Of a stretch of 64,000 nucleotides of DNA, positions 53,100 to 64,000 are shown in pieces. The notes beneath the pieces are model-generated. The model saw only the letters and a program-made list of their open reading frames with translations, did not search any database and was not told where the DNA came from. The translations under genes and the position numbers were made by a program. Every line of letters starts with the position of its first letter. Within the stretch, counting starts at the first letter, position 1. Origin of the DNA: Eledone cirrhosa (Eukaryota); the NCBI GenBank assembly GCA_964016885.1, contig OZ024752.1, positions 18,662,001 through 18,726,000 on the forward strand, given 5' to 3'.

Positions 53100-56000
53100 C
53101 ACACAGTAAAGTAGTCATGTAGGTGTTATAATAAAAAGTGGATAGCCCACACTGTAAAGTGGTCATGTAGGTGTTATAATAAAAAGTGGACAGTCCACAC
53201 TGTAAAGTGGTCATGTAGGTGTTATAATAAAAAGTGGACAGCCCACACTGTAAAGTGGTCATGTAGGTGTTATAATAAAAAGTGGACAGCCCACACTGTA
53301 AAGTAGTCATGTAGGTGTTATAATAAGAAGTGGACAGTCCACACTGTAAAGTGGTTGTGTAGGTGTTATAATAAAAAGTGGATAGCCCACACAGTAAAGT
53401 AGTCATGTAGGTGTTATAATAAAAAGTGGACAGTCCACACTGTAAAGTGGTCATGTAGGTGTTATAATAAAAAGTGGACAGCCCACACTGTAAAGTGGTC
53501 ATGTAGGTGTTATAATAAAAAGTGGACAGTCCACACTGTAAAGTGGTCATGTAGGTGTTATAATAAAAAGTGGATAGCCCACACTGTAAAGTGGTCATGT
53601 AGGTGTTATAATAAAAAGTGGACAGCCCACACTGTAAAGTGGTCATGTAGGTGTTATAATAAAAAGTGGACAGTCCACACTGTAAAGTGGTCATGTAGGT
53701 GTTATAATAAAAAGTGGACAGCCCACACTGTAAAGTGGTCATGTAGGTGTTATAATAAAAAGTGGACAGTCCACACTGTAAAGTGGTCATGTAGGTGTTA
53801 TAATAAAAAGTGGACAGCCCACACTGTAAAGTGGTCATGTAGGTGTTATAATAAAAAGTGGACAGTCCACACTGTAAAGTGGTCATGTAGGTGTTATAAT
53901 AAAAAGTGGACAGCCCACGCTGTAAAGTAGTCATGTAGGTGTTATAATAAAAAGTGGACAGTCCACACTGTAGAGTTGTTGTGTAGGTGTTATAATAAAA
54001 AGTGGACAGCCCACAGTGTAAAGTAGTCATGTAGGTGTTATAATAAAAAGTGGACAGCCCACAGTGTAAAGTGGTCATGTAGGTGTTATAATAAAAACTG
54101 GACAGTCCACACTGTAAAGTGTTTGTGTAGGTGTTATAATAAAAAGTGGACAGCCCACACTGTAAAGTGGTTGTGTAGGTGTTATAATAAAAAGTGGATA
54201 GCCCACACAGTAAAGTAGTCATGTAGGTGTTATAATAAAAAGTGGACAGCCCACACAGTAAAGTAGTCATGTAGGTGTTATAATAAAAAGTGGATAGCCC
54301 ACACAGTAAAGTAGTCATGTAGGTGTTATAATAAAAAGTGGATAGCCCACACAGTAAAGTAGTCATGTAGGTGTTTTAATAAAAAGTGGACAGTCCACAC
54401 TGTAAAGTGGTTGTGTAGGTGTTATAATAAAAAGTGGATAGCCCACACAGTAAAGTAGTCATGTAGGTGTTATAATAAAAAGTGGACAGCCCACACAGTA
54501 AAGTAGTCATGTAGGTGTTATAATGAAAAGTGGATAGCCCACACAGTAAAGTGGTCATGTAGGTGTTATAATAAAAAGTGGATAGCCCACACAGTAAAGT
54601 AGTCATGTAGGTGTTATAATAAAAAGTGGATAGCCCACACTGTAAAGTAGTTATGTAGGTGTTATAATAAAAAGTGGATAGCCCACACAGTAAAGTAGTC
54701 ATGTAGGTGTTATAATAAAAAGTGGACAGCCCACACAGTAAAGTAGTCATGTAGGTGTTATAATAAAAAGTGGACAGCCCACACAGTAAAGTAGTCATGT
54801 AGGTGTTATAATAAAAAGTGGATAGCCCACACAGTAAAGTAGTCATGTAGGTGTTATAATAAAAAGTGGATTGCCCACACAGTAAAGTAGTCATGTAGGT
54901 GTTATAATAAAAAGTGGATAGCCCACACAGTAAAGTAGTCATGTAGGTGTTATAATAAAAAGTGGATAGCACACACAGTAAAGTAGTCATGTAGGTGTTA
55001 TAATAAAAAGTGGACAGCCCACACAGTAAAGTAGTCATGTAGGTGTTATAATAAAAAGTGGATAGCCCACACAGTAAAGTAGTCATGTAGGTGTTATAAT
55101 AAAAAGTGGATAGCCCACACAGTAAAGTAGTCATGTAGGTGTTATAATAAAAAGTGGATAGCCCACACTGTAAAGTAGTCATGTAGGTGTTATAATAAAA
55201 AGTGGATAGCCCACACAGTAAAGTAGTCATGTAGGTGTTATAATAAAAAGTGGATAGCCCACACAGTAAAGTAGTCATGTAGGTGTTATAATAAAAAGTG
55301 GACAGCCCACACAGTAAAGTAGTCATGTAGGTGTTATAATAAAAAGTGGACAGCCCACACAGTAAATAGTCATGTAGGTGTTATAATAAAAAGTGGATAG
55401 CCCACACAGTAAAGTAGTCATGTAGGTGTTATAATAAAAAGTGGATAGCCCACTAAAGTAGTCATGTAGGTGTTATAATAAAAAGTGGATAGCCCACACT
55501 GTAAAGTAGTCATGTAGGTGTTATAATAAAAAGTGGACAGTCCACACTGTAAAATAGTCATGTAGGTGTTATAATAAAAAGTGGACAGCCCATACTGTAA
55601 AGTGGTTATGTAGATGTTATAATAAAAAGTGGATAGCCCACACAGTAAAGTAGTCATGTAGGTGTTATAATAAAAAGTGGACAGCCCACACAGTAAAGTA
55701 GTCATGTAGGTGTTATAATAAAAAGTGGACAGCCCATACTGTAAAGTGGTTATGTAGGTGTTATAATAAAAAGTGGATAGCCCACACTGTAAAGTGGTCA
55801 TGTAGGTGTTATAATAAAAAGTGGACAGCCCACACAGTAAAGTAGTCATGTAGGTGTTATAATAAAAAGTGGACAGCCCATACTGTAAAGTGGTTATGTA
55901 GGTGTTATAATAAAAAGTGGACAGCCCACACAGTAAAGTGGTTGTGTAGGTGTTATAATAAAAAGTGGACAGCCCACACAGTAAAGTAGTCATGTAGGTG

Positions 56001-59000
56001 TTATAATAAAAAGTGGACAGCCCACACAGTAAAGTAGTCATGTAGGTGTTATAATAAAAAGTGGATAGCCCACACAGTAAAGTAGTCATGTAGGTGTTAT
56101 AATAAAAAGTGGACAGCCCATACTGTAAAGTGGTTATGTAGGTGTTATAATAAAAAGTGGACAGCCCACACTGTAAAGTGGTCATGTAGGTGTTATAATA
56201 AAAAGTGGACAGTCCACACTGTAAAGTGGTTATGTAGGTGTTATAATAAAAAGTGGACAGTCCACACTGTAAAGTAGTCGTGTAGGTGTTATAATAAAAA
56301 GTGGACAGCCCACACTGTAAAGTGGTCATGTAGGTGTTATAATAAAAAGTGGACAGCCCACACTGTAAAGTAGTCATGTAGGTGTTATAATAAAAAGTGG
56401 ACAGTGCACACTGTAAAGTAGTCATGTAGGTGTTATAATAAAAAGTGGACAGCCCATACTGTAAAGTGGTTATGTAGGTGTTATAATAAAAAGTGGACAG
56501 TCCACACTGTAAAATAGTCATGTAGGTGTTATAATAAAAAGTGGACAGCCCACACAGTAAAGTGGTTGTGTAGGTGTTATAATAAAAAGTGGACAGCCCA
56601 CACTGTAAAGTGGTTGTGTAGGTGTTATAATAAAAAGTGGACAGCCCACACTGTAAAGTGGTTGTGTAGGTGTTATAATAAAAAGTGGACAGTCCACACA
56701 GTAAAGTGGTCATGTAGGTGTTATAATAAAAAGTGGACAGCCCACATAGTAAAGTGGTTGTGTAGGTGTTATAATAAAAAGTGGACAGCCCACACAGTAA
56801 AGTAGTCATGTAGGTGTTATAATAAAAAGTGGATAGCCCACACTGTAAAGTGGTCATGTAGGTGTTATAATAAAAAGTGGACAGTCCACACTGTAAAGTG
56901 GTCATGTAGGTGTTATAATAAAAAGTGGACAGCCCACACTGTAAAGTGGTCATGTAGGTGTTATAATAAAAAGTGGACAGCCCACACTGTAAAGTAGTCA
57001 TGTAGGTGTTATAATAAGAAGTGGACAGTCCACACTGTAAAGTGGTTGTGTAGGTGTTATAATAAAAAGTGGATAGCCCACACAGTAAAGTAGTCATGTA
57101 GGTGTTATAATAAAAAGTGGACAGTCCACACTGTAAAGTGGTCATGTAGGTGTTATAATAAAAAGTGGACAGCCCACACTGTAAAGTGGTCATGTAGGTG
57201 TTATAATAAAAAGTGGACAGTCCACACTGTAAAGTGGTCATGTAGGTGTTATAATAAAAAGTGGATAGCCCACACTGTAAAGTGGTCATGTAGGTGTTAT
57301 AATAAAAAGTGGACAGCCCACACTGTAAAGTGGTCATGTAGGTGTTATAATAAAAAGTGGACAGTCCACACTGTAAAGTGGTCATGTAGGTGTTATAATA
57401 AAAAGTGGACAGCCCACACTGTAAAGTGGTCATGTAGGTGTTATAATAAAAAGTGGACAGTCCACACTGTAAAGTGGTCATGTAGGTGTTATAATAAAAA
57501 GTGGACAGCCCACACTGTAAAGTGGTCATGTAGGTGTTATAATAAAAAGTGGACAGTCCACACTGTAAAGTGGTCATGTAGGTGTTATAATAAAAAGTGG
57601 ACAGCCCACGCTGTAAAGTAGTCATGTAGGTGTTATAATAAAAAGTGGACAGTCCACACTGTAGAGTTGTTGTGTAGGTGTTATAATAAAAAGTGGACAG
57701 CCCACAGTGTAAAGTAGTCATGTAGGTGTTATAATAAAAAGTGGACAGCCCACAGTGTAAAGTGGTCATGTAGGTGTTATAATAAAAACTGGACAGTCCA
57801 CACTGTAAAGTGTTTGTGTAGGTGTTATAATAAAAAGTGGACAGCCCACACTGTAAAGTGGTTGTGTAGGTGTTATAATAAAAAGTGGATAGCCCACACA
57901 GTAAAGTAGTCATGTAGGTGTTATAATAAAAAGTGGACAGCCCACACAGTAAAGTAGTCATGTAGGTGTTATAATAAAAAGTGGATAGCCCACACAGTAA
58001 AGTAGTCATGTAGGTGTTATAATAAAAAGTGGATAGCCCACACAGTAAAGTAGTCATGTAGGTGTTTTAATAAAAAGTGGACAGTCCACACTGTAAAGTG
58101 GTTGTGTAGGTGTTATAATAAAAAGTGGATAGCCCACACAGTAAAGTAGTCATGTAGGTGTTATAATAAAAAGTGGACAGCCCACACAGTAAAGTAGTCA
58201 TGTAGGTGTTATAATGAAAAGTGGATAGCCCACACAGTAAAGTGGTCATGTAGGTGTTATAATAAAAAGTGGATAGCCCACACAGTAAAGTAGTCATGTA
58301 GGTGTTATAATAAAAAGTGGATAGCCCACACTGTAAAGTAGTTATGTAGGTGTTATAATAAAAAGTGGATAGCCCACACAGTAAAGTAGTCATGTAGGTG
58401 TTATAATAAAAAGTGGACAGCCCACACAGTAAAGTAGTCATGTAGGTGTTATAATAAAAAGTGGACAGCCCACACAGTAAAGTAGTCATGTAGGTGTTAT
58501 AATAAAAAGTGGATAGCCCACACAGTAAAGTAGTCATGTAGGTGTTATAATAAAAAGTGGATTGCCCACACAGTAAAGTAGTCATGTAGGTGTTATAATA
58601 AAAAGTGGATAGCCCACACAGTAAAGTAGTCATGTAGGTGTTATAATAAAAAGTGGATAGCACACACAGTAAAGTAGTCATGTAGGTGTTATAATAAAAA
58701 GTGGACAGCCCACACAGTAAAGTAGTCATGTAGGTGTTATAATAAAAAGTGGATAGCCCACACAGTAAAGTAGTCATGTAGGTGTTATAATAAAAAGTGG
58801 ATAGCCCACACAGTAAAGTAGTCATGTAGGTGTTATAATAAAAAGTGGATAGCCCACACTGTAAAGTAGTCATGTAGGTGTTATAATAAAAAGTGGATAG
58901 CCCACACAGTAAAGTAGTCATGTAGGTGTTATAATAAAAAGTGGATAGCCCACACAGTAAAGTAGTCATGTAGGTGTTATAATAAAAAGTGGACAGCCCA

Positions 59001-62000
59001 CACAGTAAAGTAGTCATGTAGGTGTTATAATAAAAAGTGGACAGCCCACACAGTAAATAGTCATGTAGGTGTTATAATAAAAAGTGGATAGCCCACACAG
59101 TAAAGTAGTCATGTAGGTGTTATAATAAAAAGTGGATAGCCCACTAAAGTAGTCATGTAGGTGTTATAATAAAAAGTGGATAGCCCACACTGTAAAGTAG
59201 TCATGTAGGTGTTATAATAAAAAGTGGACAGTCCACACTGTAAAATAGTCATGTAGGTGTTATAATAAAAAGTGGACAGCCCATACTGTAAAGTGGTTAT
59301 GTAGATGTTATAATAAAAAGTGGATAGCCCACACAGTAAAGTAGTCATGTAGGTGTTATAATAAAAAGTGGACAGCCCACACAGTAAAGTAGTCATGTAG
59401 GTGTTATAATAAAAAGTGGACAGCCCATACTGTAAAGTGGTTATGTAGGTGTTATAATAAAAAGTGGATAGCCCACACTGTAAAGTGGTCATGTAGGTGT
59501 TATAATAAAAAGTGGACAGCCCACACAGTAAAGTAGTCATGTAGGTGTTATAATAAAAAGTGGACAGCCCATACTGTAAAGTGGTTATGTAGGTGTTATA
59601 ATAAAAAGTGGACAGCCCACACAGTAAAGTGGTTGTGTAGGTGTTATAATAAAAAGTGGACAGCCCACACAGTAAAGTAGTCATGTAGGTGTTATAATAA
59701 AAAGTGGACAGCCCACACAGTAAAGTAGTCATGTAGGTGTTATAATAAAAAGTGGATAGCCCACACAGTAAAGTAGTCATGTAGGTGTTATAATAAAAAG
59801 TGGACAGCCCATACTGTAAAGTGGTTATGTAGGTGTTATAATAAAAAGTGGACAGCCCACACTGTAAAGTGGTCATGTAGGTGTTATAATAAAAAGTGGA
59901 CAGTCCACACTGTAAAGTGGTTATGTAGGTGTTATAATAAAAAGTGGACAGTCCACACTGTAAAGTAGTCGTGTAGGTGTTATAATAAAAAGTGGACAGC
60001 CCACACTGTAAAGTGGTCATGTAGGTGTTATAATAAAAAGTGGACAGCCCACACTGTAAAGTAGTCATGTAGGTGTTATAATAAAAAGTGGACAGTGCAC
60101 ACTGTAAAGTAGTCATGTAGGTGTTATAATAAAAAGTGGACAGCCCATACTGTAAAGTGGTTATGTAGGTGTTATAATAAAAAGTGGACAGTCCACACTG
60201 TAAAATAGTCATGTAGGTGTTATAATAAAAAGTGGACAGCCCACACAGTAAAGTGGTTGTGTAGGTGTTATAATAAAAAGTGGACAGCCCACACTGTAAA
60301 GTGGTTGTGTAGGTGTTATAATAAAAAGTGGACAGCCCACACTGTAAAGTGGTTGTGTAGGTGTTATAATAAAAAGTGGACAGTCCACACAGTAAAGTGG
60401 TCATGTAGGTGTTATAATAAAAAGTGGACAGCCCACATAGTAAAGTGGTTGTGTAGGTGTTATAATAAAAAGTGGACAGCCCACACAGTAAAGTAGTCAT
60501 GTAGGTGTTATAATAAAAAGTGGATAGCCCACACTGTAAAGTAGTCATGTAGGTGTTATAATAAAAAGTGGATAGCCCACACTGTAAAGTAGTCATGTAG
60601 GTGTTATAATAAAAAGTGGACAGCCCACACTGTAAAGTAGTCATGTAAGTGTTATAATAAAAGGTGGACAGCCCACACTGTAAAGTAGTCATGTAGGTGT
60701 TATAATAAAAAGTGGACAGCCCACACTGTAAAGTAGTAATGTAGGTGTTATAATAAAAAGTGGACAGCCCACACTGTAAAGTGGTCATGTAGGTGTTATA
60801 ATAAAAAGTGGACAGCCCACACTGTAAAGTGGTCATGTAGGTGTTATAATAAAAAGTGGACAGCCCACACTGTAAAGTAGTCATGTAGGCGTTATAATAA
60901 AAAGTGGACAGCCCACACAGTAAAGTAGTCATGTAGGTGTTATAATAAAAATTTGACAGCCCACACTGTAAAGTAGTCATGTAGGCGTTATAATAGAAAG
61001 TGGACAGCCCACACAGTAAAGTAGTCATGTAGGTGTTATAATAAAAAGTGGACAGCCCACACAGTAAAGTAGTCATGTAGGTGTTATAATAAAAAGTGGA
61101 CAGCCCACACAGTAAAGTAGTCATGTAGGCGTTATAATAAAAAGTGGATAGCCCACACAGTAAAGTAGTCATGTAGGTGTTATAATAAAAAGTGGACAGT
61201 CCACACTGTAAAGTAGTCATGTAGGTGTTATAATAAAAAGTGGACAGCCCACACTGTAAAGTGTTTATGTAGGTGTTATAATAAAAAGTGGACAGCCCAC
61301 ACTGTAAAGTGGTTGTGTAGGTGTTATAATAAAAAGTGGACAGCCCACACTATAAAGTGGTTGTGTAGGTGTTATAATAAAAAGTGGACAGCCCACACTG
61401 TAAAGTGGTTGTGTAGGTTTTATAATAAAAAGTAGACAGTCCACACTGTAAAGTGGTCATGTAGGTGTTATAATAAAAAGTGGACAGTCCACACTGTAAA
61501 ATAGTCATGTAGGTGTTATAATAAAAAGTGGACAGCCCACACTGTAAAGTGGTTGTGTAGGTGTTATAATAAAAAGTGGACATCCCACACTGTAAAGTGG
61601 TTATGTAGGTGTTATAATAAAAAGTGGACAGCCCACACTGTAAAGTGGTTGTGTAGGTGTTATAATAAAAAGTGGACAGCCCACAGTGTAAAGTAGTCAT
61701 GTAGGTGTTATAATAAAAAGTGGACAGCCCACACTGTAAAGTGGTCATGTAGGTGTTATAATAAAAACTGGACAGTCCACACTGTAAAGTGTTTGTGTAG
61801 GTGTTATAATAAAAAGTGGACAGCCCACACTGTAAAGTGGTTGTGTAGGTGTTATAATAAAAAGTGGATAGCCCACACAGTAAAGTAGTCATGTAGGTGT
61901 TATAATAAAAAGTGGACAGCCCACACAGTAAAGTAGTCATGTAGGTGTTATAATAAAAAGTGGATAGCCCACACAGTAAAGTAGTCATGTAGGTGTTATA

Positions 62001-64000
62001 ATAAAAAGTGGATAGCCCACACAGTAAAGTAGTCATGTAGGTGTTTTAATAAAAAGTGGACAGTCCACACTGTAAAGTGGTTGTGTAGGTGTTATAATAA
62101 AAAGTGGATAGCCCACACAGTAAAGTAGTCATGTAGGTGTTATAATAAAAAGTGGACAGCCCACACAGTAAAGTAGTCATGTAGGTGTTATAATGAAAAG
62201 TGGATAGCCCACACAGTAAAGTGGTCATGTAGGTGTTATAATAAAAAGTGGATAGCCCACACAGTAAAGTAGTCATGTAGGTGTTATAATAAAAAGTGGA
62301 TAGCCCACACTGTAAAGTAGTCATGTAGGTGTTATAATAAAAAGTGGATAGCCCACACAGTAAAGTAGTCATGTAGGTGTTATAATAAAAAGTGGACAGC
62401 CCACACAGTAAAGTAGTCATGTAGGTGTTATAATAAAAAGTGGACAGCCCACACAGTAAAGTAGTCATGTAGGTGTTATAATAAAAAGTGGATAGCCCAC
62501 ACAGTAAAGTAGTCATGTAGGTGTTATAATAAAAAGTGGATTGCCCACACAGTAAAGTAGTCATGTAGGTGTTATAATAAAAAGTGGATAGCCCACACAG
62601 TAAAGTAGTCATGTAGGTGTTATAATAAAAAGTGGATAGCCCACACAGTAAAGTAGTCATGTAGGTGTTATAATAAAAAGTGGACAGCCCACACAGTAAA
62701 GTAGTCATGTAGGTGTTATAATAAAAAGTGGATAGCCCACACAGTAAAGTAGTCATGTAGGTGTTATAATAAAAAGTGGATAGCCCACACTGTAAAGTAG
62801 TCATGTAGGTGTTATAATAAAAAGTGGATAGCCCACACAGTAAAGTAGTCATGTAGGTGTTATAATAAAAAGTGGATAGCCCACACAGTAAAGTAGTCAT
62901 GTAGGTGTTATAATAAAAAGTGGACAGCCCACACAGTAAAGTAGTCATGTAGGTGTTATAATAAAAAGTGGACAGCCCACACAGTAAATAGTCATGTAGG
63001 TGTTATAATAAAAAGTGGATAGCCCACACAGTAAAGTAGTCATGTAGGTGTTATAATAAAAAGTGGATAGCCCACTAAAGTAGTCATGTAGGTGTTATAA
63101 TAAAAAGTGGATAGCCCACACTGTAAAGTAGTCATGTAGGTGTTATAATAAAAAGTGGACAGTCCACACTGTAAAGTAGTCATGTAGGTGTTATAATAAA
63201 AAGTGGACAGCCCATACTGTAAAGTGGTTATGTAGATGTTATAATAAAAAGTGGATAGCCCACACAGTAAAGTAGTCATGTAGGTGTTATAATAAAAAGT
63301 GGACAGCCCACACAGTAAAGTAGTCATGTAGGTGTTATAATAAAAAGTGGACAGCCCATACTGTAAAGTGGTTATGTAGGTGTTATAATAAAAAGTGGAT
63401 AGCCCACACTGTAAAGTGGTCATGTAGGTGTTATAATAAAAAGTGGACAGCCCACACAGTAAAGTAGTCATGTAGGTGTTATAATAAAAAGTGGACAGCC
63501 CATACTGTAAAGTGGTTATGTAGGTGTTATAATAAAAAGTGGACAGCCCACACAGTAAAGTGGTTGTGTAGGTGTTATAATAAAAAGTGGACAGCCCACA
63601 CAGTAAAGTAGTCATGTAGGTGTTATAATAAAAAGTGGACAGCCCACACAGTAAAGTAGTCATGTAGGTGTTATAATAAAAAGTGGATAGCCCACACAGT
63701 AAAGTAGTCATGTAGGTGTTATAATAAAAAGTGGACAGCCCATACTGTAAAGTGGTTATGTAGGTGTTATAATAAAAAGTGGACAGCCCACACTGTAAAG
63801 TGGTCATGTAGGTGTTATAATAAAAAGTGGACAGTCCACACTGTAAAGTGGTTATGTAGGTGTTATAATAAAAAGTGGACAGTCCACACTGTAAAGTAGT
63901 CGTGTAGGTGTTATAATAAAAAGTGGACAGCCCACACTGTAAAGTGGTCATGTAGGTGTTATAATAAAAAGTGGACAGCCCACACTGTAAAGTAGTCATG
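53100..64000. repeat. Triplicated block: period 3691 bp (77 monomers minus 5 nt), third partial copy from ~61680 to the window end
   Basis: gttttaat at ~54373/58064/62043; 1-nt deletion at ~55367/59058/62989; 4-nt deletion at ~55454/59145/63076; cacgctgt ~53916/57607. Confidence 0.93.

Larger units (their letters stand above)
1..64000. repeat. Tandem array (satellite / very large minisatellite) of a 48-bp monomer, about 1333 copies, single orientation, extending beyond both window edges
   Basis: GTGGACAG recurs every 48 nt from position 7 to 63971; the distance 63964 equals 1333x48 minus the net 20 nt of indels I counted. Monomers typically differ from consensus at 0-4 positions. No non-repeat sequence seen. 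Confidence 0.99.

Noticed and set aside
1137-60496. Short + strand ORFs (CRCYNKKWTAHTVKW repeats) and short minus-strand ORFs (CPLFIITPTQPLYSVG repeats)
   Set aside because: Alternative frames of the same monomer, open only where runs lack the common gtagtc (TAG) or tcat (TGA on minus) variants.
619-63999. Annotating the giant minus-strand ORFs as genes
   Set aside because: Any stop-free 48-bp monomer gives such ORFs; starts and ends fall on indels or point stops inside the array and there is no unique domain. Kept only as a hypothesis because of the synonymous skew.
1-64000. CRISPR array (conserved half as repeat, variable half as spacer)
   Set aside because: The variable half is the same sequence with a few substitutions, not unique spacers; no leader or cas gene in the window.
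1-64000. Telomeric repeat or a named satellite family
   Set aside because: No short G-rich telomere unit; I do not recognise the monomer and cannot assign family or organism without a Dfam/Repbase/BLAST search.
1-64000. Pure artefact such as a rolling-circle or PCR concatemer
   Set aside because: Hierarchically shared rare variants and indels at many different offsets record a stepwise history that copying one template would not give; local mis-assembly of individual blocks remains possible.
1-64000. Diversity-generating retroelement or antigenic-variation cassette system
   Set aside because: No reverse transcriptase, recombinase or expression locus in the window; variation is not adenine-specific and is inherited in duplicated blocks.

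Overview
The whole 64-kb window is one uninterrupted head-to-tail tandem array of a 48-bp monomer (consensus + strand GTGGACAGCCCACACTGTAAAGTGGTCATGTAGGTGTTATAATAAAAA, about 40% GC, no CpG). It holds 1333 complete monomers plus partial ends and runs off both edges. I see no unique sequence, inversion, inserted element, RNA gene or recognisable protein family. The giant minus-strand ORFs (MTTLQCGLSTFYYNTY)n arise because the monomer is 16 codons long and stop-free in one frame; they are broken by 13 indels (6 independent events) and 8 stop codons (4 distinct types), so the default reading is non-coding satellite/minisatellite DNA, probably eukaryotic (inference). The internal structure is the interesting part: (1) an apparent excess of changes that are synonymous in the open frame (hand tally, needs computing); (2) a few common monomer variants forming a readable code that reveals nested duplications of 3 to 91 monomers and long-range copies 26-35 kb apart, some of which can be put in time order; (3) a CA/TG dimorphism that fits decay of a methylated CpG; (4) variants that perfect a quasi-palindrome. 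I cannot support a novel gene system from this sequence alone. Block boundaries are approximate to a few monomers.
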